Shown here: one piece after another, positions 16,649 to 24,679 of the stretch
How the letters are laid out: each line of letters opens with the position of its first letter
How positions within the stretch are numbered: the first letter of the stretch is position 1
NCBI GenBank assembly: GCA_963630455.1
Contig: CAVGNL010000139.1
Span: forward strand, 1 to 24,679
Direction: 5' to 3'
Length of the DNA stretch: 24,679 nucleotides
Origin: Prevotella sp. CAG:755
GTDB taxonomy: Bacteria > Bacillota_I > Bacilli_A > RFN20 > CAG-826
Position numbers and translations under genes: made by a program
The notes under the pieces: model-generated
Told to the model about the DNA's origin: nothing
Database searches by the model: none
The model's input: only the letters and a program-made list of their open reading frames with translations

Positions 16649-17617
16649 ATGAGAAAGAAAGACACTTCTATCATTTACGATTTAAATTATCGGGACATTG
16701 AGAGAAACTCTTTGTTGAAGAAAAAGAGATTTTTCTCGCGTGAGGATAAAACTTCTTACCTGATGATTTTTTTGCCGATGCTTTGGTGGGGGGTCTTCTT
16801 TGTTTATGCTTTTGTGAGGGCTGTTTATTTTTCTTTCACCGATTTAACGCTTGATGTGAGTAATATCAGCGTCTTCTTTACCTTTGACAATTACGTGCGC
16901 TTATTTCATGATGAGACCTTCTTGGCATCAATGAAAAACACCATCATCTGGACGGTGTCGATGACGATTGCCAATAATGTTCTTGGGCTCATTTTCGCTT
17001 ATCTCATCACAAAGATGAAGAAAGGTCAAAAGCTTTTTTTGACGCTCCTATTCTGGCCGACTCTTGTTTCCTCGGTTGCTTCGACTGAGATCACAAAGCA
17101 GATTTTCAGTCCTTCCGATAGTGGTTTGATGAACCAGATAATTATGGCTTTCGGAGGAAACAAATTAGCTTGGTACAACGATAAGTCTTTGGCTCTTATC
17201 ACTTTGATGATCATGCCGCTTTTATTGGGGTTTTCTTCCCAACTCATTATTTATTACGTCGCTTTGAAAGGCGTCGACCAAAATCAAATAGAGGCGGCAA
17301 AGATTGATGGGGCAAAAGGATTCTCGATTTTTAAGAATATCTATGTGCCTTCGATTATGAAAGCAATCAACTATAACGTCATTCTTTCTATCATTTCTGG
17401 CGTACGAATCATGGGTCCAATGCAACTTATCGCTGATAATCCTTTGATTGCTGGTGGGCCTGATAACGCCACGATTACTGTAGTTCTCTACCTTTACCAA
17501 AATATTCTCAATAACGAAATGGCTTATGCTTGCGCAATCGGCGTCATCACGACGATCGTTATCGTCTTCTTCTCGATAATGCAACGAAAAGTCTCAGGCA
17601 ATAATAAGGGGTTTTGA
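16649..17617 (+). CDS. Carbohydrate ABC transporter permease (CUT1, MalF/UgpA-like)
   Basis: SFTD, FDNYVRLF, EAA loop EAAKIDGA, GGP, YACAIG; transmembrane helices. Confidence 0.92.
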   Translation: MRKKDTSIIYDLNYRDIERNSLLKKKRFFSREDKTSYLMIFLPMLWWGVFFVYAFVRAVYFSFTDLTLDVSNISVFFTFDNYVRLFHDETFLASMKNTIIWTVSMTIANNVLGLIFAYLITKMKKGQKLFLTLLFWPTLVSSVASTEITKQIFSPSDSGLMNQIIMAFGGNKLAWYNDKSLALITLMIMPLLLGFSSQLIIYYVALKGVDQNQIEAAKIDGAKGFSIFKNIYVPSIMKAINYNVILSIISGVRIMGPMQLIADNPLIAGGPDNATITVVLYLYQNILNNEMAYACAIGVITTIVIVFFSIMQRKVSGNNKGF

Positions 17618-18519
17618 TGATGATGGATGATAGGAAACTTCAAATAGAAATCGCGACGAGAGATGCAAATGCGAAAATTAAGAAAGATAAAATCAGCGGC
17701 ATCATTTTGACGGTGACGATTGTTATTGTCCTTTCTATTATCGCTTTGGCTCAGATTTTTCCTTTTTATCTCCAATTCGTCACCTCTCTTCAGCCTGTTG
17801 AGGGTTTTTATCCAGAATACGGCAAAATCTATTTTTTCCCTGTGGAAATATGTTTTTCTAACTATGTCGAGGCTTTTATTGAAGGAGAGTTGCTAGAAGG
17901 AATCAAAAACACTTTGATCGTGGCCTTTGGCTTCATCATTCTCTCTTCTATCATCATTCTCCTTATGGGGTATGTTTTAGCGAAGAAGAAGTTCAAAGGG
18001 CGTAGCATCGTTACTTGGTGCCTTCTTATCACGATGATGGTCCCTGGTGAGATATTAATGGTCACCAACTATCAACTCGTTTCTTCTTTAGGCTGGACTA
18101 GCTCTTACGCTGGGCTTATTCTTCCAGGCATTGTCAATGTAACTGGCATTTTCCTTGTGAAAGCCTTCATGGATTCGATACCTGATGCTTGCCTAGAAAG
18201 CGCAAAATTAGATGGGGCAAGCGAACTTAAAATCCTTCTTTCGATTGTGCTTCCGCTTTCTTTCCCAGTGATTTCAACTTATATCGTGCTTAATTTCGTG
18301 GCTCAATGGAACGATTATCTTTGGCCGATGCTGATTACTGGCGATAGCTCAATGTTCACAATCCAACTTAAACTCTATAACTTTGCTGGTTCGAGCGATT
18401 GGGGAGAGACGGTTTATAAAGCCGCGTCCTTGATCATTTCCCTAATTCCAGTTCTAATCGTTTATTTTTGCTGCCAGAAGAAATTCATCGGCGGCTTGAA
18501 TTTTTCAGGCATCAAATAG
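17617..18519 (+). CDS. Carbohydrate ABC transporter permease (CUT1, MalG/UgpE-like); start is one of the ATGs at 17617/17620/17623
   Basis: NTLIV, GYVLAKKKFKGR, MMVP, ESAKLDGA, WNDYLWP, QKKFIGG; TGATG overlap. Confidence 0.92.
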   Translation: MMMDDRKLQIEIATRDANAKIKKDKISGIILTVTIVIVLSIIALAQIFPFYLQFVTSLQPVEGFYPEYGKIYFFPVEICFSNYVEAFIEGELLEGIKNTLIVAFGFIILSSIIILLMGYVLAKKKFKGRSIVTWCLLITMMVPGEILMVTNYQLVSSLGWTSSYAGLILPGIVNVTGIFLVKAFMDSIPDACLESAKLDGASELKILLSIVLPLSFPVISTYIVLNFVAQWNDYLWPMLITGDSSMFTIQLKLYNFAGSSDWGETVYKAASLIISLIPVLIVYFCCQKKFIGGLNFSGIK

Positions 18520-18531
18520 GAGGTAACCAAA

Positions 18532-20808
18532 ATGAAAAAGAAAATGATGTCGTTATTGCTCTTCTTCGGCGCTTTGCTCGCTTCATGCGCCACAAACAAG
18601 ACCGATTCCGGTAAAAGCGATGAGAGCCAGACTTCCTCAACTTCCCAAGGTGATGACAACGTCAAAAAAATCAAGGAAGGAGCTTTCTATAAGCCGAATG
18701 GGTTTGCCACAACGTGCTATGTGATTCCTAGAAGCTCTTTAACAAGCGCGGAATTCGTCCTCATTCAATCTCTTCAAGGCATTTTGGCTCAAAATAAAGC
18801 CACGATTTTCATCTCTGGCATGGGAGAGAAGGATGCGACTTTCACGGAGATGAGCGAAAAGTTGGGCTTTTCTATCGTTGAGATTGAAGACCCATGGGAA
18901 TTATTGAGGATTCATAAGAAGTCAATCGTAAATCAGAAGTTCGTTACCTATACTTCCACAGATAAAGGCGATGCTTACGATAATTCCATTAATCGTGCGG
19001 CCACGATTGCCGGCGTTGAGCAATGGATCATGGTCGAGAATAGCCTGGTCAGCCAATGTCTTGCAGAAGGCTTTAAACTCGGATCCGATGCTTCAAATAT
19101 GACGGATGCAGAAGTTTTCCACAAATATAAAGAATTCCTTAACAATACCTATTTGGTGAATCAGAAGCCGAGCTCTCTTCCTTTAAGAGATTATGGAATC
19201 GCCGGCGCTAGCTTATCGACTTATGTGGATTATATCGATGATGATCTTCGCAAAGAGATATCGGAGTGGACTTGTTCGAATTGCCCGGTTTTTGGCTGGA
19301 CAGAGAATGAAGGCAGCTTCGTTGCGTATAATTCGAATTACTCGATGGTCACTATCGCTGCAGATTGGAGCGGGAACCTCTCTTTTATGGCGGCTGAGGA
19401 TATTAATAATGATTTAGTGCCAGCAAATAGAAGCAAATCCACCGTCAAAGCTGAAGAAGGAAAGCATTATGTTACCATCGTTATGTCGGATGGTGACAAC
19501 GTGCAATGGCTCCAACGTGGTTTTGAAACCGATAGCAAATACTACGGTTCGAAATATCGTGGCAAATTCAAGATGAATTGGACGATGGCTCCATCCTTGA
19601 GCGATGTCGCCCCTTATGTCATGGAGTCAATTTACGATAAAGCCACAACGAAAGATGATTTCATCTGTGGGCCTTCAGGATTCGGCTATGTCAATGTCAA
19701 CGACTATAACGAATCGACTATGGAAGATTATGCCGCAAAAACGGCCGGTTATTGTGAGAAATCCGGCTTAAGCGTCCTTAATTTCATCGACAATTACGTT
19801 TCTTCTTCCTATCTTGATTATTTTACTAAATACGACAACATCAAAGGCGGGCTTTGGAGCGTTAGTGATTATTATGTCCAAGGAGGCGATACTGGGGCAG
19901 GTGGAGTTTATTGGAGCAATGATAAACCATTCGTTTGCTTCCGCGACACTCTTTGGAGAGTATCGGGCTCAGCGGTTGCCAAATATTATGGCTATACGGA
20001 AAGAGTGGCTCAGCGTATCAATGATCGTTCAACAGATATTCATTCTATCGAAGCTTATTCGGCTGTTGTTTGCCATGCTTGGTCTATTGGCACGATGGAA
20101 TACATCAACCGTTTTGTTGAGCAACTTGACGATCATGTTGAAGTGGTGAATGCTGGCGAATTTATCGATCTCATCACGGAAAACGTGCCGCATCAAGATG
20201 TTGAGGAAGTGTTGGATCATAACCCTTTCGCATATAGCGATGATGAATTATGCGCGATTGAAACTGATCCTTTCTATTGGAATGATGTTAAAGATACGCC
20301 TGTTACCAATAAAAAGGCTTGGGATTTCTCTTCTGGGGAGCAAAGCGATTGGACGCTTGGATGTGGAGGATTGCAATACGACAGCGCAAAATACACAAGT
20401 GATGGTATTTATCTAGATGGCTCAGACCTCGATGATAGAGACGACTATATTCCAAATGCCTATGCCTACACGATGAGAAATTGGTCAAATGAAGATAAGA
20501 AAATAACGATGGTTGCCAAATCCGGCTCGGCTACTTCGGACGTCAATTTGCGTGTGAGGCTCTACTTGGAGGATCCTAATTCGAAACGTGGCGCAAGTTC
20601 TATCAATTTGGTTGCAAATGAATGGGATAAGGCAAAAGTGAACCAATATGGTTATTATCTATTCCAAAGCGGCGAATTCCAGACCTTCACCTTTGATTTA
20701 TCTTCCTATGATTTGGCTGGCAAAAAAGGCTTGCTTGTCTTTGAAAGCGATGATAGCGGCGAAGGAAGTGGTGAAATAGTTAGATGCAAATCCATCAGCA
20801 TTGAATAA
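18532..20808 (+). CDS. GxGYxYP-family putative glycoside hydrolase, surface lipoprotein with extra C-terminal domain
   Basis: Lipobox LASC and Ser/Thr linker; SLQGILA, LRDY, VFGW..NE, DWSGNLS, VMSDGDNVQW, SGFGYVNV, VVCHAWS; AGGAGG SD. Confidence 0.85.
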   Translation: MKKKMMSLLLFFGALLASCATNKTDSGKSDESQTSSTSQGDDNVKKIKEGAFYKPNGFATTCYVIPRSSLTSAEFVLIQSLQGILAQNKATIFISGMGEKDATFTEMSEKLGFSIVEIEDPWELLRIHKKSIVNQKFVTYTSTDKGDAYDNSINRAATIAGVEQWIMVENSLVSQCLAEGFKLGSDASNMTDAEVFHKYKEFLNNTYLVNQKPSSLPLRDYGIAGASLSTYVDYIDDDLRKEISEWTCSNCPVFGWTENEGSFVAYNSNYSMVTIAADWSGNLSFMAAEDINNDLVPANRSKSTVKAEEGKHYVTIVMSDGDNVQWLQRGFETDSKYYGSKYRGKFKMNWTMAPSLSDVAPYVMESIYDKATTKDDFICGPSGFGYVNVNDYNESTMEDYAAKTAGYCEKSGLSVLNFIDNYVSSSYLDYFTKYDNIKGGLWSVSDYYVQGGDTGAGGVYWSNDKPFVCFRDTLWRVSGSAVAKYYGYTERVAQRINDRSTDIHSIEAYSAVVCHAWSIGTMEYINRFVEQLDDHVEVVNAGEFIDLITENVPHQDVEEVLDHNPFAYSDDELCAIETDPFYWNDVKDTPVTNKKAWDFSSGEQSDWTLGCGGLQYDSAKYTSDGIYLDGSDLDDRDDYIPNAYAYTMRNWSNEDKKITMVAKSGSATSDVNLRVRLYLEDPNSKRGASSINLVANEWDKAKVNQYGYYLFQSGEFQTFTFDLSSYDLAGKKGLLVFESDDSGEGSGEIVRCKSISIE

Positions 20809-20820
20809 GGAGAAATGATT

Positions 20821-22254
20821 ATGAAAAAGACAAATCTATTCTTGATTCCTCTCTCAGTCTTGCTTTTAGCGGGATGCGATTCGACAAATTCTTCTTCTGA
20901 TAAGAGTGTGGAAGAAAGCTCTTCTAGCCAAATTGAATTAAAACTCTCAACACCGACGATCAAACTTGATGGAAACCTTATTAGTTGGGAGAGGGTTGAA
21001 CACGCTAGCGGATATTGCTTATATGAGAACGATGAGGTGAAATACAATCATCTAAATACTTTGTCATATGAAATATCCGTCGATGAAAGCGGAACATATT
21101 CCTACTATATTGTTGCTCTCGATAGAAACAATTCTTACCTTCCAAGCGAAAAGAGCAACGCCGTCTCTTACACTTATGAAAAACCGGTGGCTCTTGTCGC
21201 TCCGAGGATTTCTTTGAATGATAAGACCATCTCCTGGGAAGAGGTTCCTGGCGCTGAGAAATATTGCATCTATAGCAATGGCGAATACTTAATTGACGTC
21301 ACTTCGACTTCTTACACCCTCTCTTTTAGCGAAGTTGGAGGCTATAACATCCAAGTTCAGGCTAAACGCGGGGACGAACTTTCGCCATTTTCAAACACGG
21401 TCATTTATAAAAATGTCGATGGAATAAGTTTGAATACTTCGACTTCTTGGAACCGAACCACTTTATATAACGAATGGATCAGAAGCGGCGATTTCGATAC
21501 GGGAGTTGGCGAAGGATTCGATATGAAAGCGGGGGCCACGGCTTTCGTTTATCACGCTATCTCTAGCGAAACAAGATTCCTTAAGGTTTCAATCAGAAAT
21601 TTCGTGCGCGAAGGAGAGACAAACCCGAAATTCTTCGTCTATGTTGATGGAAAGGTAGTGCGAGCTAACGATTCAACAACGGATTATGTTACTCTAAATA
21701 GCGACTCCCCAATCGACTTTATTTATGACCTTTCTCTATATGTCGGTGAAAATGTCTTTATTAAATTCTATGAGGCTGCCGCCACGCATTGTTGCATCAC
21801 TAGCGTCAAATTGCTTGAACGGGCTGGTGCCACTTTGAGTGAAAACACCTCTTGGGAGAATAAGGATAGTTTCTTTGCCGACTGGTATACTTCTTCCGTC
21901 AATTCCATCAATGAAGGACCTGATTTTGCGGGAAATGGCAGCGCGGCAATCAAAATCAATCTGACCGAGGAGAAGCGCTACTTCACCGTCACTTGGCGTA
22001 TGTTTGTCAATCAAGACACTGATAAAGCACGCGTTTTGACAATGGTCGATAAAAACACCGTCAAGGCTATAGGCGTTACCACGGAATATGTCTTAGTAGA
22101 AGCTGCTGAAGGAGATCCGCACTTCACCTATATTTATGATTTCTCCGATTATATCGGAAGTACCGTGACAATCACTATGACTTCTATCAACAAAGCGGTC
22201 AATCATTGCGTCTTCTTAAATGCCAAATTGAGCGCTTCGAACAGCAATTCCTAA
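20821..22254 (+). CDS. Hypothetical surface lipoprotein: two Fn3-like repeats plus two repeated beta-rich domains; start likely 20821
   Basis: Lipobox LAGC; internal repeats visible by eye; AAGGAG SD at 20807-20812 is spaced for the ATG at 20821. Confidence 0.75.
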   Translation: MKKTNLFLIPLSVLLLAGCDSTNSSSDKSVEESSSSQIELKLSTPTIKLDGNLISWERVEHASGYCLYENDEVKYNHLNTLSYEISVDESGTYSYYIVALDRNNSYLPSEKSNAVSYTYEKPVALVAPRISLNDKTISWEEVPGAEKYCIYSNGEYLIDVTSTSYTLSFSEVGGYNIQVQAKRGDELSPFSNTVIYKNVDGISLNTSTSWNRTTLYNEWIRSGDFDTGVGEGFDMKAGATAFVYHAISSETRFLKVSIRNFVREGETNPKFFVYVDGKVVRANDSTTDYVTLNSDSPIDFIYDLSLYVGENVFIKFYEAAATHCCITSVKLLERAGATLSENTSWENKDSFFADWYTSSVNSINEGPDFAGNGSAAIKINLTEEKRYFTVTWRMFVNQDTDKARVLTMVDKNTVKAIGVTTEYVLVEAAEGDPHFTYIYDFSDYIGSTVTITMTSINKAVNHCVFLNAKLSASNSNS

Positions 22255-22270
22255 ACAAAGGAGATAATTT

Positions 22271-23764
22271 ATGGCAAATGTCGTTTTACGAAATATCAAT
22301 AAAATCTATGATAACGGTTTCCATGCCGTTCACGATTTCTCATTCGATATCTCTGACAAAGAGTTCGTTGTTTTCGTTGGCCCTTCGGGATGTGGAAAGA
22401 GCACGACTTTACGAATGATCGCCGGGCTAGAAAATATAAGCGATGGCGAACTCTATGTCGATGGCATTTTGTTCAATAATGTTTCTCCACAAGACCGCGA
22501 TGTAGCGATGGTCTTCCAAAATTACGCTCTTTATCCACATATGAGCGTTTACGAGAATATGGCTTTCGGTTTAAAGAATCACAAGATCAAAAAGCCGAAA
22601 TTAAATGAAAATGGCGAACAAGAGAAGCTTGTTGACAAAAAGACAATCAAATATCTCGAAAAACAGATTAAAATCGCCTCGAAAAGCTTAAAGAAAAAGA
22701 ATCTCACAGATGATGAACGCTCATTTTTGGAAAAAGAGAAAAAAGAATACGAAGAGAAAATCTCCTTAGTTAAGACAAATCCTGTCCCGGCTTATGTTTA
22801 TGTCAAATATCCAAAAGAGGAAATCGATAGTCGTATTAGAAAGGCTGCCAAAATTCTTGATATTGAACAATTTTTGAATCAAAAGCCAAAATCGCTTTCC
22901 GGCGGGCAACAGCAACGCGTTGCTTTGGGCAGAGCAATTGTTAGAAACCCAAAACTCTTCCTTATGGATGAGCCTCTTTCTAATTTAGATGCCAAACTTC
23001 GTGTGGCGATGAGAAGTGAAATTGTGGATTTGCATGAGAAAATCGGGGCGACGACAATTTATGTAACCCACGATCAAACCGAAGCAATGACGATGGCCGA
23101 TAAAATCATTGTCATGAATAAAGGCTACATTCAACAAATCGGAAAACCCGAAGAAATATACCGCCATCCAGCTAACCGCTTCGTGGCTACCTTTATAGGG
23201 AGCCCAGCCATGAATCTTTTCAAAGCGACTTATTCTTTGAAAGAAGGCAATATTGATATCGGCGAGACGAAAATTAAACTTAGCAAAGGGAAGCAAGAGG
23301 CCGTTAAAGCAAAACTTGCTGAAATCATTAAACGTTATGAGCAAGATTCCCTCACGATTGAAAGCAATATTGCCGATTATTGCGCTAAAAATAACCTCAA
23401 AGCAAGAAGCGAGAAAAAGAAAATCGATGTTGCGAATAGAATTGCTTCCGATGAAGTTCTCAATAAGCGGAAAGCGTATTTGTTTTCGCTCAAAGATGAA
23501 GTCGATAAAGGCACGATCGCTTTGACTCTTGGAATCCGCCCTGAGGATATTTTGATTGGGGAAAGTGGCCAAAAAATCAAGACAACGATTGTAGAGCTAC
23601 TTGGAGCGCAACTTATTGTTCATGGCTTATTAGATGAGACCCATATCGCGATTACTTCACCTGCGAATACAAATATAAAATCGCACGATACGGCATACAT
23701 CACTTTCAATGAGGATAATATTCATCTTTTCCTCACCGACGATAATGAGACTTCTTTAATCTAA
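22271..23764 (+). CDS. msmX: Sugar ABC transporter ATP-binding protein (MsmX/MalK/UgpC-like) with large insertions
   Basis: [60 protein letters not shown]. Confidence 0.93.
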   Translation: MANVVLRNINKIYDNGFHAVHDFSFDISDKEFVVFVGPSGCGKSTTLRMIAGLENISDGELYVDGILFNNVSPQDRDVAMVFQNYALYPHMSVYENMAFGLKNHKIKKPKLNENGEQEKLVDKKTIKYLEKQIKIASKSLKKKNLTDDERSFLEKEKKEYEEKISLVKTNPVPAYVYVKYPKEEIDSRIRKAAKILDIEQFLNQKPKSLSGGQQQRVALGRAIVRNPKLFLMDEPLSNLDAKLRVAMRSEIVDLHEKIGATTIYVTHDQTEAMTMADKIIVMNKGYIQQIGKPEEIYRHPANRFVATFIGSPAMNLFKATYSLKEGNIDIGETKIKLSKGKQEAVKAKLAEIIKRYEQDSLTIESNIADYCAKNNLKARSEKKKIDVANRIASDEVLNKRKAYLFSLKDEVDKGTIALTLGIRPEDILIGESGQKIKTTIVELLGAQLIVHGLLDETHIAITSPANTNIKSHDTAYITFNEDNIHLFLTDDNETSLI

Positions 23765-24607
23765 GTCTTTCTTTAATCCAGCGCGATAGATGGAAGGAAA
23801 CGACCTTTTGTTCACGAATTCATCGTATATAGAAGCGTGATATGAAGTTACTAGAAGAGCAAAAAAACTCAGCAGATAAACGAACATCAATAAAAAGATG
23901 ATCATTTGAACGATGACATTGAAAATAACGGCTATTAAAACAAGCGCCAATATTGATAAAGATATGAAGATATTCAAATAGAGCTTATGGAAAGTTAGCT
24001 TGAAGGCGTTACTTATTAATTGTTTCAAATTCGCTTTGTATCTAACGGCGGAAGTGCACATGTATAAAGACATCGAAAAAGCGATTAAAAAGACGATTCC
24101 GCTTAAAGCAATGATTCCATAACGGAAGAAAGACGGAAATGAAGTCAGATAGAAGAAGCGCGCGAACGATAATAAGAAAAGCACGAAGAACAGATAAACG
24201 AAATAAGTGATAAAAAGAACGGCTTTGATATTTTGCTTTATTCCTTGAAAATAAGATGAATAAGAAACCGGTTCATCATAAACAAAACCTTTCATCACAG
24301 AAAATAAACCAGATAGGCCAAAAGCTACTATAGCAACTGTAGGGGAAGAGTAGAGAGAAAAGAAGATGGATGAGGAGAAAATAATATCGCCAGCCTTTGC
24401 GTTCTCTTCCCTTAGCAATAAGGACGTTTGGTAATTCATAACTAAGAAAACAACGATTGCAGGAATAAAGAAAACAAAAGTAATCATCGAGAAAATAACC
24501 ATTTTCATATAGTTATTCTTCAATAGAAGGAAAAACTGTTCTTTCCTATTGAGTGGAAGCGATCCTTTCTTTGTGTTTCTTTGCTCTTCTTTTATTCTCT
24601 TTCTCAT
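23756..24607 (-). CDS. YesL/DUF624-like membrane protein; start likely ATG at 24607 (ORF track gives TTG at 24628)
   Basis: [13 protein letters not shown]..., [23 protein letters not shown] pattern; several hydrophobic helices; typical neighbour of sugar ABC loci. Confidence 0.65.
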   Translation of the reverse strand: MRKRIKEEQRNTKKGSLPLNRKEQFFLLLKNNYMKMVIFSMITFVFFIPAIVVFLVMNYQTSLLLREENAKAGDIIFSSSIFFSLYSSPTVAIVAFGLSGLFSVMKGFVYDEPVSYSSYFQGIKQNIKAVLFITYFVYLFFVLFLLSFARFFYLTSFPSFFRYGIIALSGIVFLIAFSMSLYMCTSAVRYKANLKQLISNAFKLTFHKLYLNIFISLSILALVLIAVIFNVIVQMIIFLLMFVYLLSFFALLVTSYHASIYDEFVNKRSFPSIYRAGLKKDLD

Positions 24608-24679
24608 TATGGGAATTATATTTAACAAGAGTAATCTTTACTAGATAAAAATTGGGAAAGATTTTTAAAAGAAAGGGCT

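Noticed and set aside
22985..23572. 195-aa antisense ORF and the other short overlapping ORFs in the track (e.g. 9308-9634, 17222-17584, 19814-20149, 20706-21047)
   Set aside because: They overlap well-supported genes on the opposite strand or in a shifted frame and have no recognisable motifs.
1..24679. CRISPR array, tRNA/rRNA, prophage, defence or toxin-antitoxin genes
   Set aside because: No regularly spaced repeats, RNA gene signatures or relevant protein motifs were seen; intergenic spaces are short.

Overview
Gene-dense, AT-rich bacterial chromosomal window read with standard code 11. Gene style (many lipoproteins, long insertions in ABC ATPases) suggests an uncultured Bacilli/Mollicutes-related gut lineage; this is inference only. 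There are three zones. (1) 1-460: debris with hairpins and probable IS-end remnants. (2) 473-8573: nucleoside salvage cluster with a minus-strand BMP/NupABC-type nucleoside ABC importer plus tdk. Divergent from it is a coupled operon of deoxynucleoside kinase, CAT-family acetyltransferase and Nudix hydrolase. The importer has a strongly base-paired 5' leader that I cannot assign to a known riboswitch. (3) 8705-24628: a LacI-associated glycan utilisation locus with a GH38-fold protein, a beta-PGM-like HAD enzyme, two GxGYxYP-family proteins (one cytoplasmic, one lipoprotein), a CUT1 sugar ABC importer, a repeat-domain surface lipoprotein and a YesL/DUF624-like membrane protein. The most striking signal is that the GH38 keeps its metal-binding motifs but has Thr where the catalytic nucleophile Asp should be (GYTATSYGQ vs GYxPDxFGQ), and its gene ends 1 bp before the HAD gene. 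This recalls GH65 phosphorylase plus beta-PGM operons and suggests, as an untested hypothesis, an inverting alpha-mannoside phosphorylase / beta-phosphomannomutase pathway. All family calls are from motif recognition, not database searches.
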